NCBI GenBank assembly: GCA_050633705.1
Contig: JBOEGZ010000006.1
Span: 148,554-172,553, forward strand
Direction: 5' to 3'
Origin: Hyphomicrobiaceae bacterium
GTDB lineage: Bacteria > Pseudomonadota > Alphaproteobacteria > Rhizobiales > Hyphomicrobiaceae
Length of the DNA stretch: 24,000 nucleotides
Made by a program: the position numbers and the translations under genes. The notes below the pieces were generated by a model, which saw only the letters and a list, made by a program, of their open reading frames with translations, did not search any database and was not told the origin of the DNA. Positions 1-8,918 of this stretch are shown piece after piece (position 1 is the first letter of the stretch; each line of letters starts with the position of its first letter).

Positions 1-374
1 TTTTTTTTGCACAACGTGAGCAGGTGCATCATCCGTTCGCTTTCACACAGGTATTGCTTCATAAAATGCTCTTGCGCCATCGGCTTGCTTTTGCAGCACG
101 AACCCGCCTGCAAAAATATTAGCTAACTATCATATCATTCGTCGAAATCGAATTCCGACTTCAGTCACCCCAAGACATAACCTGGCGCTTGCCGAATCTT
201 CGCTTGCTTCGAATTTTGATTATATCAGAAAACGCCTGAGCTACCACAAAAGTCAATGCTGGCTGCAAGTGATTGCCCTTAGGCAAAAAAGAGTAATCTT
301 AAATCGTGAATAATAGCCCGAAAACGGCGCAGTAAGCCCAGCCTGCAATGGCCACGGTCAGGGCGGAGGGTTAA

Positions 375-1013
375 CTATGGAATAGACAACGCTGCGCCGC
401 GATGGAGTGCGTTATCAAACTTATCGCCAGGCGGCACTTTCTGGCGCAAAACTGACGATGGCAACGTATGCAGCACCTGCGTAATGGCACGGCGATTTTG
501 TGCCGCGCACTGCTGAGCGTCACAATATGCAATGGGTTCTGCGCGTCCCCTAATCTCAATGACAATCCGTTCGGGTGAGATTCCCTCGTCAATCAAACGC
601 TGTTGTACAGCCCTGGCACGTTCACTGGCCAAGCGGGTGTTATCATCAATTGAACCTGGATCATCTGCATGTCCGATAATTAAGGCACCAAAGCTTGGAC
701 GCAATTTCATCCAACGGGCTTGCGCCGACAAAACGATGCGTGCATTCGACCCTAGTCTTGAGCTTCCTGAACCGAAAAAGACCCGATCACCAGCCGTGCG
801 CCGCAGGTGTTGCGTCAGACGCTGGCTCACAGCGTGACGGTACTGGCTGACAAAATTGTCTGCTTGTTTGATGCCAACGCGGGTTATATGCGCTGTGTTT
901 TCAGTATAGGCCTGAGCATTGGCGACATCAGCCAACAGACGGCCACTTGTTACTCCGCCCATGAACGTTGAAACAGCAGCAACCGCGCACGCCGCAATGC
1001 TCATTTTCAGCAT
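375..1013 (-). CDS. Periplasmic OmpA-like (Pal-paralogous) peptidoglycan-binding protein, apparently not a lipoprotein
   Basis: The C-terminal half (RVFFGSGSSRLG...IIGHADDPGS...RLASERARAV...PIAYCDAQQCAAQNRRAITQV) aligns by eye with the adjacent Pal (IVYFSTDSSDL...IEGHSDERGT...ALGARRAASV...PVAVCNDISCWSQNRRAQTVL). A hydrophobic N-terminus (MLKMSIAACAVAAVSTFMGG...ANAQA) looks like a Sec signal. The start is uncertain: ATG at 1013 or 1004, or GTG at 1106, and none has a clear SD. Confidence 0.7.
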   Translation of the reverse strand: MLKMSIAACAVAAVSTFMGGVTSGRLLADVANAQAYTENTAHITRVGIKQADNFVSQYRHAVSQRLTQHLRRTAGDRVFFGSGSSRLGSNARIVLSAQARWMKLRPSFGALIIGHADDPGSIDDNTRLASERARAVQQRLIDEGISPERIVIEIRGRAEPIAYCDAQQCAAQNRRAITQVLHTLPSSVLRQKVPPGDKFDNALHRGAALSIP

Positions 1014-1315
1014 GAGACGAGACTGTTGGAATGACGATCGACGGCTCACTTTTTGTACGCCTTTTCTGGTGACCGCGACGGCCGGGCTGTTCGCCGCCAA
1101 AATCACCAGTTATTGCGGCCAAACTTTGCTGGTAAAACGATTGTTTCGTGCCAGGACATCTGCTCACAGGCCAACGATCAAAGGCGCCTTACACCGGCAC
1201 CAACACGGACACCGACATATGTGATTTAAGTGAAAACGAGAGAGGCCTGGACCAATGCCTCGCGCCAACTAATACCTACCGCACCGATGATGCCCCAAAA
1301 AAAGGCCTCGTCGGT

Positions 1316-1834
1316 TTACTGGGAGCCTGCGACGCGGTTGTTTAAAACCGTCTGCGCTCTGCGGTTTTGCGACCAGCATGAAATGTCGTTACAGACAGCA
1401 ACGGGGCGTTCTTTACCGTATGAAATCGTCCGCAATCGAGAGGAGTTGACCCCGGTGCGAGCCAAAAACGTCCGTACGGAGGCTGCACGTCGTGCACCAA
1501 GCGCGATGTTATACTCACGCGTGCCACGCTCATCGGAATGGCCTTCAATTGTAATCGTGTATTGAGGATATTGCCCAAGCCATTGCGCTTGCTTGCGTAG
1601 CGTTGCCTGTGCCTCTGGGGTCAAGTCGCTTGAATCGGTCGAGAAATAAACAATATCGCCAACGTTCACGCTAAAATCACGCCGCGTTCCCGGCGTTGCC
1701 GCAACGCCACCGCTACCCTGCCCAAGCTCCGCGCCTGGTTGAGCCTGTTTGTTGGCACACCCTTGCAGACCAAGCATCGCGACAGCGACAAGGCCAGCCG
1801 TTGCAATCGAAGCAATATTCCGGGACCTCAACAT
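1316..1834 (-). CDS. pal: Peptidoglycan-associated lipoprotein Pal
   Basis: Signal peptide with lipobox LQGC. OmpA-like C-terminal domain with GHSDERGTREYN...LGARRA...NRRA. SD AAGGGG lies 6 nt upstream of the ATG at 1834. Confidence 0.93.
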   Translation of the reverse strand: MLRSRNIASIATAGLVAVAMLGLQGCANKQAQPGAELGQGSGGVAATPGTRRDFSVNVGDIVYFSTDSSDLTPEAQATLRKQAQWLGQYPQYTITIEGHSDERGTREYNIALGARRAASVRTFLARTGVNSSRLRTISYGKERPVAVCNDISCWSQNRRAQTVLNNRVAGSQ

Positions 1835-2484
1835 CGGTCACCCCTTCTCACTTGTTTGTATCGACGCCGAAATAGCACGCCACACACGCGGCCAATCCAC
1901 ACCAATAACTCTTATCACTAGGCCCTAACGACAGGATCGTACGAAAATGTGGCCGGATATCATCGTCTCTGCGACCATCTGGGGCCGTCATGATGACCCA
2001 ATGTCCGTGCACCTAGCAGTCTGATCCCAAAAAGCCTTACCAAATGCGATTCCTATTGAGCGGTTTTGGGCGCAGCCCACGCGACCACTACAAGCACTTG
2101 GGTGGATTTTGTCCATCGATCAAAATGTCTCGCCGAAATCAGATTGCCACACATCACCGGCCACCAATCAACCGTGCTGAACCCGCGATGCACAACTTTC
2201 GGTTCAAATCTTGGATATTTCCCACGATTGCGACCGAGGAACATCAGTCGAGAAACCTGCGGCGCACAACGCATGCCTGTCTGAGCAAATTGGGGTGGCG
2301 AAGATTAAAGCCACGACCCATCCATTTTTTTTGGAGGCTGGCAGAAGATTACCGCAACAGGCCTGCAGAAACTGACCTGCAAAGACTTGCACACAAAGAC
2401 GTGGCACTCGTGATGGGGCACCTAATCCCTAAAATCTGCACCACTCCAAATGGGCGTTGGCGCTAGTCAATCCGCGGCAAAAAG

Positions 2485-2520
2485 AAAACCGAGACGCAGC
2501 GCGAGCCACATCTCGGTTTT
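2485..2520 (-). terminator. Rho-independent terminator downstream of the small lipoprotein genes, structurally bidirectional
   Basis: Perfect 10-bp inverted repeat AAAACCGAGA (2485-2494) / TCTCGGTTTT (2511-2520). On the minus-strand transcript the stem is followed by UUUUCUUUUU. Confidence 0.7.
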
Positions 2521-2560
2521 CCTAACGATTGCCACCACGTTGGGTGACGAAACGTCCAGC

Positions 2561-2686
2561 TTAGCGTGCAACTTCTGTTGTTGCTGGAACGTCAGCACCG
2601 AGCTTCAATGGTGCTGGAGCTTCACGACGGCAAGCGCCAAGAGCAACAGCAGAAGCAACGGCTGCAATAAGAACAATAGTTTTCAT
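2561..2686 (-). CDS. Small lipoprotein, 41 aa (MKTIVLIAAVASAVALGACRREAPAPLKLGADVPATTEVAR), copy 1
   Basis: Found by manual translation because it is below the ORF-track length cut-off. SD AAGGAG sits 9 nt before the ATG. It has a signal peptide with lipobox LGAC and a terminator follows. The paralogue 172 bp upstream differs only synonymously across the CRREAPAPLKLGA core. Confidence 0.75.
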   Translation of the reverse strand: MKTIVLIAAVASAVALGACRREAPAPLKLGADVPATTEVAR

Positions 2687-2732
2687 GATCTAGATCTCCT
2701 TAAGTTAAAACCCGTTCAAACTCAAATCCGGA

Positions 2733-2867
2733 CTATCGCGCGATATGCGTTGTTACCGGCATCTCAGCACCTAACTTTAATGGAGCCGGAGCTTCACGAC
2801 GACACGCACCAAGTACGAACGACGAGAGAACTACGGAAAAAAAGATCAGCCCCTTAACACCCTGCAT
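2733..2867 (-). CDS. Small lipoprotein, 44 aa (MQGVKGLIFFSVVLSSFVLGACRREAPAPLKLGAEMPVTTHIAR), copy 2
   Basis: Found by manual translation. GGAG sits 9 nt before the ATG at 2867; an in-frame ATG at 2876 would add MKT. It has lipobox LGAC and a mature peptide core identical to copy 1. Confidence 0.7.
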   Translation of the reverse strand: MQGVKGLIFFSVVLSSFVLGACRREAPAPLKLGAEMPVTTHIAR

Positions 2868-3202
2868 GGTCTTCATCTCCAGATAACTGAGCGGCAGTAG
2901 CCACGTACTGGCGTACCGGTGACCATCATGTCGATCAAGGCAAAGCCACAGCCTATCGCGGTTTTCGAACGTTGTTGATGCGAAAATACCACGCGATTGC
3001 CGAGCACCTTAGGTATGTTTTGGCAAATGAAATCAATGATTTGCCGCAAATAGCAGACCAAATGCCTTCATCTTTAGACAGATCACGTCACAAACAGAGA
3101 ATTGACCGCCCTGGCGCGACCTCGACAAAGGGGCATTGAGATGATTCACCAGGCATAGGCAACTACAGAATCACTGTTGGCCGGGTCGTCTGGCCATTCA
3201 AG

Positions 3203-4549
3203 TCAACGCAGCAGGGGCGACCACGCCGGATCCGAGGCAAAAGACGGTGTCCGCACAACCCTCTCGTTATAACCGGTGAGATCGACCGAAAGGATACGAG
3301 GACCTCCATTCGCACCCTGTGCCTCGCGAAAGAACATTAATACGCGACCGTTTGGAGCCCACGTCGGGCCCTCGTTGTGATAGCCCTCGCTAAGTATGCG
3401 TTCCCCACTGCCGTCCGGACGCATCACACCAATCAGAAAGCGTCCACTCGTTTGTTTGGTGAACGCGATATAGTCACCCCGCGGCGACCACACCGGAGTT
3501 GAATACCGTCCATTTCCAAAACTGATCCGGCGCGTACCTGATCCATTGGCATTCATCACATAGAGCTGTTGTGAGCCTTCGCGATCGGATTCAAAAACAA
3601 TCTGGCGCGCATCGGGCGAATAAGACGGTCCAGTATCAATGGCGCCTGGAACGTTGGACAGCTGCCGTTTTTGCCCCGATGCCAAATCCAATTCAAACAA
3701 ACTAGACCCGCCACCTTGTTGCAAGCTCATGACTATTCGCTGTCCGTTTGGCGAAAAGCGCGGCGCGAACGTCATTCCCGGAAAATCACCAACAACACGC
3801 CGTTGGCCAGTTTCCAAATTCATCAAATAGACCCGCGGTCGCCCGTTGCCGTATGACATATAAGTGATCTCTTGACGCGTCGGACTAAACCGGGGCGTCA
3901 ACACCAGGTCTCCCCCACGTGTCAGCAGGCGAACGTTTGCACCGTCCTGATCCATTATGGCAAGACGCTTTACGCGCTTGGCCTTTGGTCCCGTTTCATC
4001 GATAAACACAACACGTGTATCGAAATATCCTTTTTCCCCGGTCAGCCGTTCATAGATCTGATCTGCGATGAGATGCCCGATGCGGCGCCAATTTGTTGAC
4101 GCGGATGAAAATCGTTGCCCCGCAAGTTGTTTTCCCGTCGCAACGTCCCACAATCGAAACTCTGCTGAAACCCGACCATTGCCGCCAGGCACGACACGAC
4201 CAACAACCAGAGCATCGCTGCGAATGGCGCGCCAATCCGGAAAACGGGGGGCCTTGTTGATATTTGTGACCTGCTCAAGAAATGAATCTCGCGCCAACGG
4301 CCGAAACAAACCGGAATTGCGCAAGTCAGACGTAATGACGTCGCTGATTTCGGCTGCAAGCTTTGGATCAGCTCCGACAAAATAGGGAATGGCGATGGGA
4401 ATAGGTGCGATCGTGCCCTGGCGTTGCGTTCCTGTAAGACCACCCCCGTCTTGGGCCAAAACAGGTTGAAAATTCGCAACAAACAGAGCCAATGCAGCCA
4501 GTACAGTGGCTCCAATATGCCTTGCGAAATTGGTCGAACGAAGCGTCAT
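3203..4549 (-). CDS. tolB: Tol-Pal system beta-propeller protein TolB
   Basis: Signal peptide ([33 protein letters not shown]). Reiterated propeller motifs are present ([50 protein letters not shown]). It lies downstream of tolQRA. The ATG at 4549 is preferred over the longer ORF-track start at 4627. Confidence 0.95.
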   Translation of the reverse strand: MTLRSTNFARHIGATVLAALALFVANFQPVLAQDGGGLTGTQRQGTIAPIPIAIPYFVGADPKLAAEISDVITSDLRNSGLFRPLARDSFLEQVTNINKAPRFPDWRAIRSDALVVGRVVPGGNGRVSAEFRLWDVATGKQLAGQRFSSASTNWRRIGHLIADQIYERLTGEKGYFDTRVVFIDETGPKAKRVKRLAIMDQDGANVRLLTRGGDLVLTPRFSPTRQEITYMSYGNGRPRVYLMNLETGQRRVVGDFPGMTFAPRFSPNGQRIVMSLQQGGGSSLFELDLASGQKRQLSNVPGAIDTGPSYSPDARQIVFESDREGSQQLYVMNANGSGTRRISFGNGRYSTPVWSPRGDYIAFTKQTSGRFLIGVMRPDGSGERILSEGYHNEGPTWAPNGRVLMFFREAQGANGGPRILSVDLTGYNERVVRTPSFASDPAWSPLLR

Positions 4550-4667
4550 TGCGGTTCCCAAGCTTGCGAATCCTTCAATCTTAAATCTCAGCCGAACACA
4601 TCCCGTCAGCAGAATGCAACTCAGCAATTACCTTGTCATACCCGACGAGAGCTGAATTTAAGCTGAA

Positions 4668-5708
4668 TTAGAGCATTTCACGCGGATCGAAGTTCCAAGT
4701 AATGGTACTCCATGATTGATATTTGTCCGGGGGAAGGCGGAACGGTGAACATTGCTTGACCGCACGCACGGCAGCTTCAGAAGCGATGCGATATACTGCA
4801 CCACTGCCTGGATTTTTCACGCGCGGCTCTCCGTTAAGGCTGCCATCAGGATTGAGACGCCACTGCAAGGTGACGACGACCGTTTCAACCCCGCCGCCAC
4901 CGCCAGGCAATCGCCAACAATCGCGCAATTGAGAGGCCACGGCCCCCTTCAACAGATCTTCTTCACGCGCAGAAAGCGTATTATCCCGCCCCCTGCGTTC
5001 ACCCGCGGTTGGCCCGTCATAATCGGTTGGCTGAGATGGATTGCGCGAAGCTCTGGGGGCTCCGCGCTTGTCGGGACTTTTATCAATCAAAGCTGCAATT
5101 CGGTCAGCATCAAACTGCTTTTTCTTCTTCGCCGCTGCAGCTTTGCGCCGCTTCTCGGCAAGTCGTTTTTTACGCAACGCCTCAGCTTTGCGCTTTTTCT
5201 CCCGGTCGCGCTTTTTCTTTGCCTCCGCCTTTTTCTTGGCTTCAGCTTTTTTCTTTGCCTCTTCAGCAGCCTTTTGCTTCTTAGCCTCTTCGTCGGCTTT
5301 CTTTTTTGCAGCCAACCGAGCGGCGGCTTCTAGTGCAGCCTTTTGTTTTGCAATTTCAGCAGGTGTTGGCCCCGGAGCAGGTGCGGGCTCTTCTTTGGGT
5401 AGGGCCGCAAGCTTATCCGCGATCGGGTCTGGTTCTGGTGCGGGCGGTTCAGGTGCCAGAACCGGTTTGGGCTTAGGCGCTTCTTTTTTCGAAATCTCGG
5501 GCTTTGGCTCATCTTTAGCCTTCGCCTCAAGCTTTTTGGCGTCCGGGTCACCTTGTTTCAAACGCGTTAGTTCAGATGGCGTAATAATCGCAACCGTAAT
5601 GGCCTGTGTTTCTTCCAGGTTCAACGGCTTGGTCGACTGCATGGACACAAAAGCCCATACTAGCAACCCACCGTGCAACAGAAGTGAAACAACAAAACCA
5701 AACGGCAC
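4668..5708 (-). CDS. tolA: TolA-like envelope-spanning protein
   Basis: N-terminal TM helix (FGFVVSLLLHGGLLVWAF), a Pro-rich segment, a long Lys/Ala/Glu-rich helical region, and a C-terminal TolA/TonB-like domain. GTG start with GGAGG 9 nt upstream. It sits between tolR and tolB. Confidence 0.88.
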   Translation of the reverse strand: MPFGFVVSLLLHGGLLVWAFVSMQSTKPLNLEETQAITVAIITPSELTRLKQGDPDAKKLEAKAKDEPKPEISKKEAPKPKPVLAPEPPAPEPDPIADKLAALPKEEPAPAPGPTPAEIAKQKAALEAAARLAAKKKADEEAKKQKAAEEAKKKAEAKKKAEAKKKRDREKKRKAEALRKKRLAEKRRKAAAAKKKKQFDADRIAALIDKSPDKRGAPRASRNPSQPTDYDGPTAGERRGRDNTLSAREEDLLKGAVASQLRDCWRLPGGGGGVETVVVTLQWRLNPDGSLNGEPRVKNPGSGAVYRIASEAAVRAVKQCSPFRLPPDKYQSWSTITWNFDPREML

Positions 5709-5713
5709 GTGCC

Positions 5714-6163
5714 TTAACCTCCATCCTCAACTTCAGTGACAAGTGATAGTTTTGTAAAGCCACCCGCGTTAATACGGCCCATGACCCGCATAATCGTGCC
5801 GTAGGAAACGCCTGTGTCGCCACGAACAAAAATTGTTTCATCAAAACCATTTTTTGCAATGGCTTTTAACTTTGCTGGAAGTTCATCCAGTGGAACAGAT
5901 GTTTCACCGATGTAAACATCGCCATTAGCTTTGATCGAAATGGACAGCGGCTCCCCACTCGATTGCAATTGCTTGCCTTGTGCCTTTGGCAACTCAATGG
6001 GTACGCCTCCCGTCATCAATGGGGCAGCAACCATGAATATAATCAACAACACCAACATAACATCGACAAACGGCGTAACGTTGATCTCGCTCATTGGGGC
6101 ATGTCGCGGGCGTCGGCGTCGGCGTCCGTCGTTACCTTGTGGTGCTTTGATACTGGCGCCCAT
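5714..6163 (-). CDS. tolR: TolR (ExbD/TolR family) biopolymer transport protein
   Basis: Single TM helix with the conserved Asp (TPFVDVMLVLLIIFMV) and a periplasmic ExbD-like domain. It lies directly downstream of tolQ. The start is ATG 6163 (MGASIK...) or TTG 6196. Confidence 0.92.
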   Translation of the reverse strand: MGASIKAPQGNDGRRRRRPRHAPMSEINVTPFVDVMLVLLIIFMVAAPLMTGGVPIELPKAQGKQLQSSGEPLSISIKANGDVYIGETSVPLDELPAKLKAIAKNGFDETIFVRGDTGVSYGTIMRVMGRINAGGFTKLSLVTEVEDGG

Positions 6164-6228
6164 CGTTCGGGTCCCATCTTGTTCGATCAACCTCAATGCA
6201 CTATGGCGCGAGGTCTGATTGCATTTGC

Positions 6229-6945
6229 CTAACCTCGGGTGTCAATCTGGCGAGAGACTATGGCTGAAAACTCATCTGAAAACGCTTCAAGTCGATGGCT
6301 TATTTGCGCGGAGTCTGCCTGAAATTTGTTATAAAAAACAACCGCCGGAATTGCGGCCAACAATCCAAGAGCTGTTGCAAACAAAGCTTCAGCGATACCA
6401 GGAGCGACGACAGCGAGATTGGTGTTTTTCGACACGGCAATAGCCTGGAAACTGTTCATGATCCCCCAAACGGTGCCAAATAGGCCAACAAAGGGCGCCG
6501 TTGAGCCAACGGTTGCCAAAAACAACAACCGACGATCCAAGCGTTCCATCTCACGGCTGGAGGTGACATCCATCACCTTTTCAACTCGCATTTGTATGCC
6601 GCCAAGCGCTCGGATCTGACCTTCTACAGATCGTTTCCATTCACGCATTGCAGCAACAAATAGCGCAGCGATGGCGATCGTTTTCCCACGCGACAAGTTG
6701 GCGTACAGCTCGTCCAAAGACTGCCCCGACCAAAACAATTGCTCAAACCGGTCGGCTTCAATTCTTGCGCGTCGAAAAGCAAACAGCTTCTCGACAATAA
6801 TGGCCCACGACCAGACAGAGGCGAGCAAAAGCCCAACCATCACGAGCTGCACAACGATATGCGCTTCTAAGAAGAGTTTTAGAAATGAAAAGCCGCCTGC
6901 ATTAACGACTGAAAGGTTTTGGTTCAGCAATACTGCCAAGGTCAT
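6229..6945 (-). CDS. tolQ: TolQ (MotA/TolQ/ExbB proton-channel family)
   Basis: Three TM segments. Motifs TAPFVGLFGTVWGIMNSF and IAEALFATALGLLAAIPAVVFYN are present. The context is ybgC-tolQ-tolR-tolA-tolB. Confidence 0.95.
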   Translation of the reverse strand: MTLAVLLNQNLSVVNAGGFSFLKLFLEAHIVVQLVMVGLLLASVWSWAIIVEKLFAFRRARIEADRFEQLFWSGQSLDELYANLSRGKTIAIAALFVAAMREWKRSVEGQIRALGGIQMRVEKVMDVTSSREMERLDRRLLFLATVGSTAPFVGLFGTVWGIMNSFQAIAVSKNTNLAVVAPGIAEALFATALGLLAAIPAVVFYNKFQADSAQISHRLEAFSDEFSAIVSRQIDTRG

Positions 6946-7364
6946 GGTGATATCCGCACGGTGTAATCCACGTTGAGCCTATTGCGCATTGTCCGTTTAC
7001 AGCCAGTTCGCACGTTCACGGAAAAGCACATCATCCTTAAATGCTGGAAGGGCACGAATTTAAGACAGCACCAACACCGATCCATTTTAGACCCCGTTGC
7101 CACTGCCAATTTTCGCATCTCAGATGAGAGGTCTGATACCCCCCGCTCCCTGGTCACGCAAACACGCTTTGCCCGACCCCCATCACGCGCACTGTAAGTT
7201 GTTGCGGTCCAATATGACCAAACGAGGGCTCAAAAGCCCCTCTATTAGGGCGGCTTATCCCCTATTTTTGGGCAATTTGAATGGCACAATGGTCAATTCG
7301 GACCATCTTTGTGTCGCGCAGACATCTTTGCCGCACGCGACAATGGCCAAATACCCGATCAAAT

Positions 7365-7865
7365 TCAGCCGTTTCGAGCTTTGAAGGCGCGGCGAATCTC
7401 TTCGCCAATGCGTAAAGGTTTACCCGACATAGAGATCAACACCACCGTCACGTCGGCTTCACAAATTCTCCGACCTGAGCGCTTGATTTCCTGCAACAAG
7501 GTTAAACTGGCACCGCCAATTTCCTTGACCGAAGTTTCGACCGTCAACACTTCATCGATCCGTGTTGGTCGGTAAAAATCGAACGACATTCTGCGAACAA
7601 CGAAAGCTGCTGGCTCACCACCATCTCGGCCATCAATCAAAGCCCCGTGGTTTGAACCAAGCAAACGCAGAAAGTCAGACCGTCCCCGCTCGCACCACCG
7701 CACATAGGACGCGTGATAAACAACTCCGGAAAAGTCTGTGTCTTCGAAATAAACCCGGACAGGCAATTGATGGCGTCGTTCGCCGTCCTCATCGGTTATC
7801 AGCCGCCCAGACAAGTCCGGCCATTCAGCTTCAGCGTCTTCGGGAGTGCTTTGTGTATCGCTCAT
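7365..7865 (-). CDS. ybgC: Tol-Pal-associated acyl-CoA thioesterase (4HBT/YbgC family)
   Basis: Hot-dog fold signature VRVYFEDTDFSGVVYHASYVRW. It occupies the position upstream of tolQ. Confidence 0.85.
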   Translation of the reverse strand: MSDTQSTPEDAEAEWPDLSGRLITDEDGERRHQLPVRVYFEDTDFSGVVYHASYVRWCERGRSDFLRLLGSNHGALIDGRDGGEPAAFVVRRMSFDFYRPTRIDEVLTVETSVKEIGGASLTLLQEIKRSGRRICEADVTVVLISMSGKPLRIGEEIRRAFKARNG

Positions 7866-7940
7866 AATATCGCTAACTCAGTTCCAATCAGGGGCATTCG
7901 CCGGTTGGGTTTCGCCTGCGCGAGGTATGCTTTAGGCGCT

Positions 7941-8852
7941 TCAGCCAGCAAGATCCAGTTGCACGATTTCCGGCGGCACGCCAAATCTAATCGGCAAACC
8001 ACTGACACCTAATCCACTTGAGACCAAGAGGTGGCGACCATCTTCAACGATATGGCCATAAGCATACCGACTGCCATAACGCGACGGTACAACTGGCTTA
8101 TACCCAAACACCTGAACCTGACCACCGTGCGTATGACCTGACACCGTAAGTGACACACGATCCGACATGCTAGAGAACACATCAGGTTCGTGCGCCATCA
8201 TAATCAAAGGTGCACCACGTGGCACTTGAGCAAGCGTCGCATCAAGGTCATCAACACCACGGTATGGAATCTTCTGGCGCCGCTCGGCACGCGTTCTGGG
8301 CCAAAACGCCCACTGATCTCCAAGTCCGGCCAACCAAAAGTCCTGTCCGTCCTTCTCCAGCTTAATCGCATCATTTTCGTAAACCGGAATGCCGACTTTT
8401 TGCAAAGCCTCTCCTGCCGGCGTTGGTCCAGCGCGCCGGGCTTGAACATCACGGTCCCACCAGTCGTGATTACCTAAAATTGCATGCGTTCCAAGCGGGG
8501 CATTCAACTCGGCCAACATTCCAGCCCAAACGTCGTTTGCAACCGGTCGACCCAACTTGGAAATCCGGCTGCTTGGGACGTAATCTCCGAGTAACAAAAC
8601 GATGTCGGGTGCCAAAGCGTTGGTTCGTGTAATCACTTGGCGAAGTCGTTGACGCCCCATCCATGGTTCACAAACATGCAAGTCCGTCAGGATCGCAAGT
8701 CTGAGATTGCAACCCTTCGGCCAGTTTGGTGGTGTTAGACTGTAGCGGGTCACCTGCAATCGAAACGGTTCTGCCAGGGCATACCCGCCAAAACCAATAC
8801 CGCTGACGGACAAGGCCGCAAGTCCTTTTAGAAGTGTCCGGCGGTTGAGCAC
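7941..8852 (-). CDS. Tat-signal metallophosphoesterase (calcineurin-like, YkuE-like)
   Basis: Twin-arginine leader MLNRRTLLKGLAALSVSG. Metallophosphoesterase motifs LTDLHV, GDYV, GNHD and GHTHGGQ are present. GTG start with GGAGA 6 nt upstream. Confidence 0.85.
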   Translation of the reverse strand: MLNRRTLLKGLAALSVSGIGFGGYALAEPFRLQVTRYSLTPPNWPKGCNLRLAILTDLHVCEPWMGRQRLRQVITRTNALAPDIVLLLGDYVPSSRISKLGRPVANDVWAGMLAELNAPLGTHAILGNHDWWDRDVQARRAGPTPAGEALQKVGIPVYENDAIKLEKDGQDFWLAGLGDQWAFWPRTRAERRQKIPYRGVDDLDATLAQVPRGAPLIMMAHEPDVFSSMSDRVSLTVSGHTHGGQVQVFGYKPVVPSRYGSRYAYGHIVEDGRHLLVSSGLGVSGLPIRFGVPPEIVQLDLAG

Positions 8853-8918
8853 AACAAGTCTCCATAAACGCAGAGGCGTTGCTTTAACGCCAATACAGAA
8901 TTTCTCGTCATTGAGTAA

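Noticed and set aside
1-80. A possible minus-strand gene start (ATG at 80, MAQEHFMKQYLCESERMMHLLTLCKK...) running off the left edge.
   Set aside because: Only 26 codons are visible, with no SD and no recognisable motif.
2044-2466. A 140-aa plus-strand ORF ending just before the bidirectional hairpin at 2485-2520.
   Set aside because: The product is very basic and Arg/His/Pro-rich, has no SD, and is overlapped by equally long ORFs on the other strand. It cannot be excluded, but there is not enough support to call it.
5100-5330. Reiterated Lys/Ala/Glu-coding DNA (AKKKAEAKKKAEAKKK...) that looks like a tandem repeat.
   Set aside because: This is the expected low-complexity helical domain II of TolA, not an independent repeat element.
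5041-5739. A 232-aa plus-strand ORF antisense to tolA. Other long antisense ORFs are 10550-11089 and 10621-11076 opposite ruvA, 12577-13101 opposite yebC, and 16057-16485 opposite gap.
   Set aside because: These are low-complexity or Arg/Ser/Cys/His-rich shadow ORFs opposite genes with strong motif support. None has independent evidence.
7224-7242. A hairpin (GAGGGCT/AGCCCCTC) in the unusually long 419-bp ybgC-tolQ spacer.
   Set aside because: It is a short bulged stem with only a weak U-rich tail on the minus strand. That is not enough to call a terminator or attenuator.
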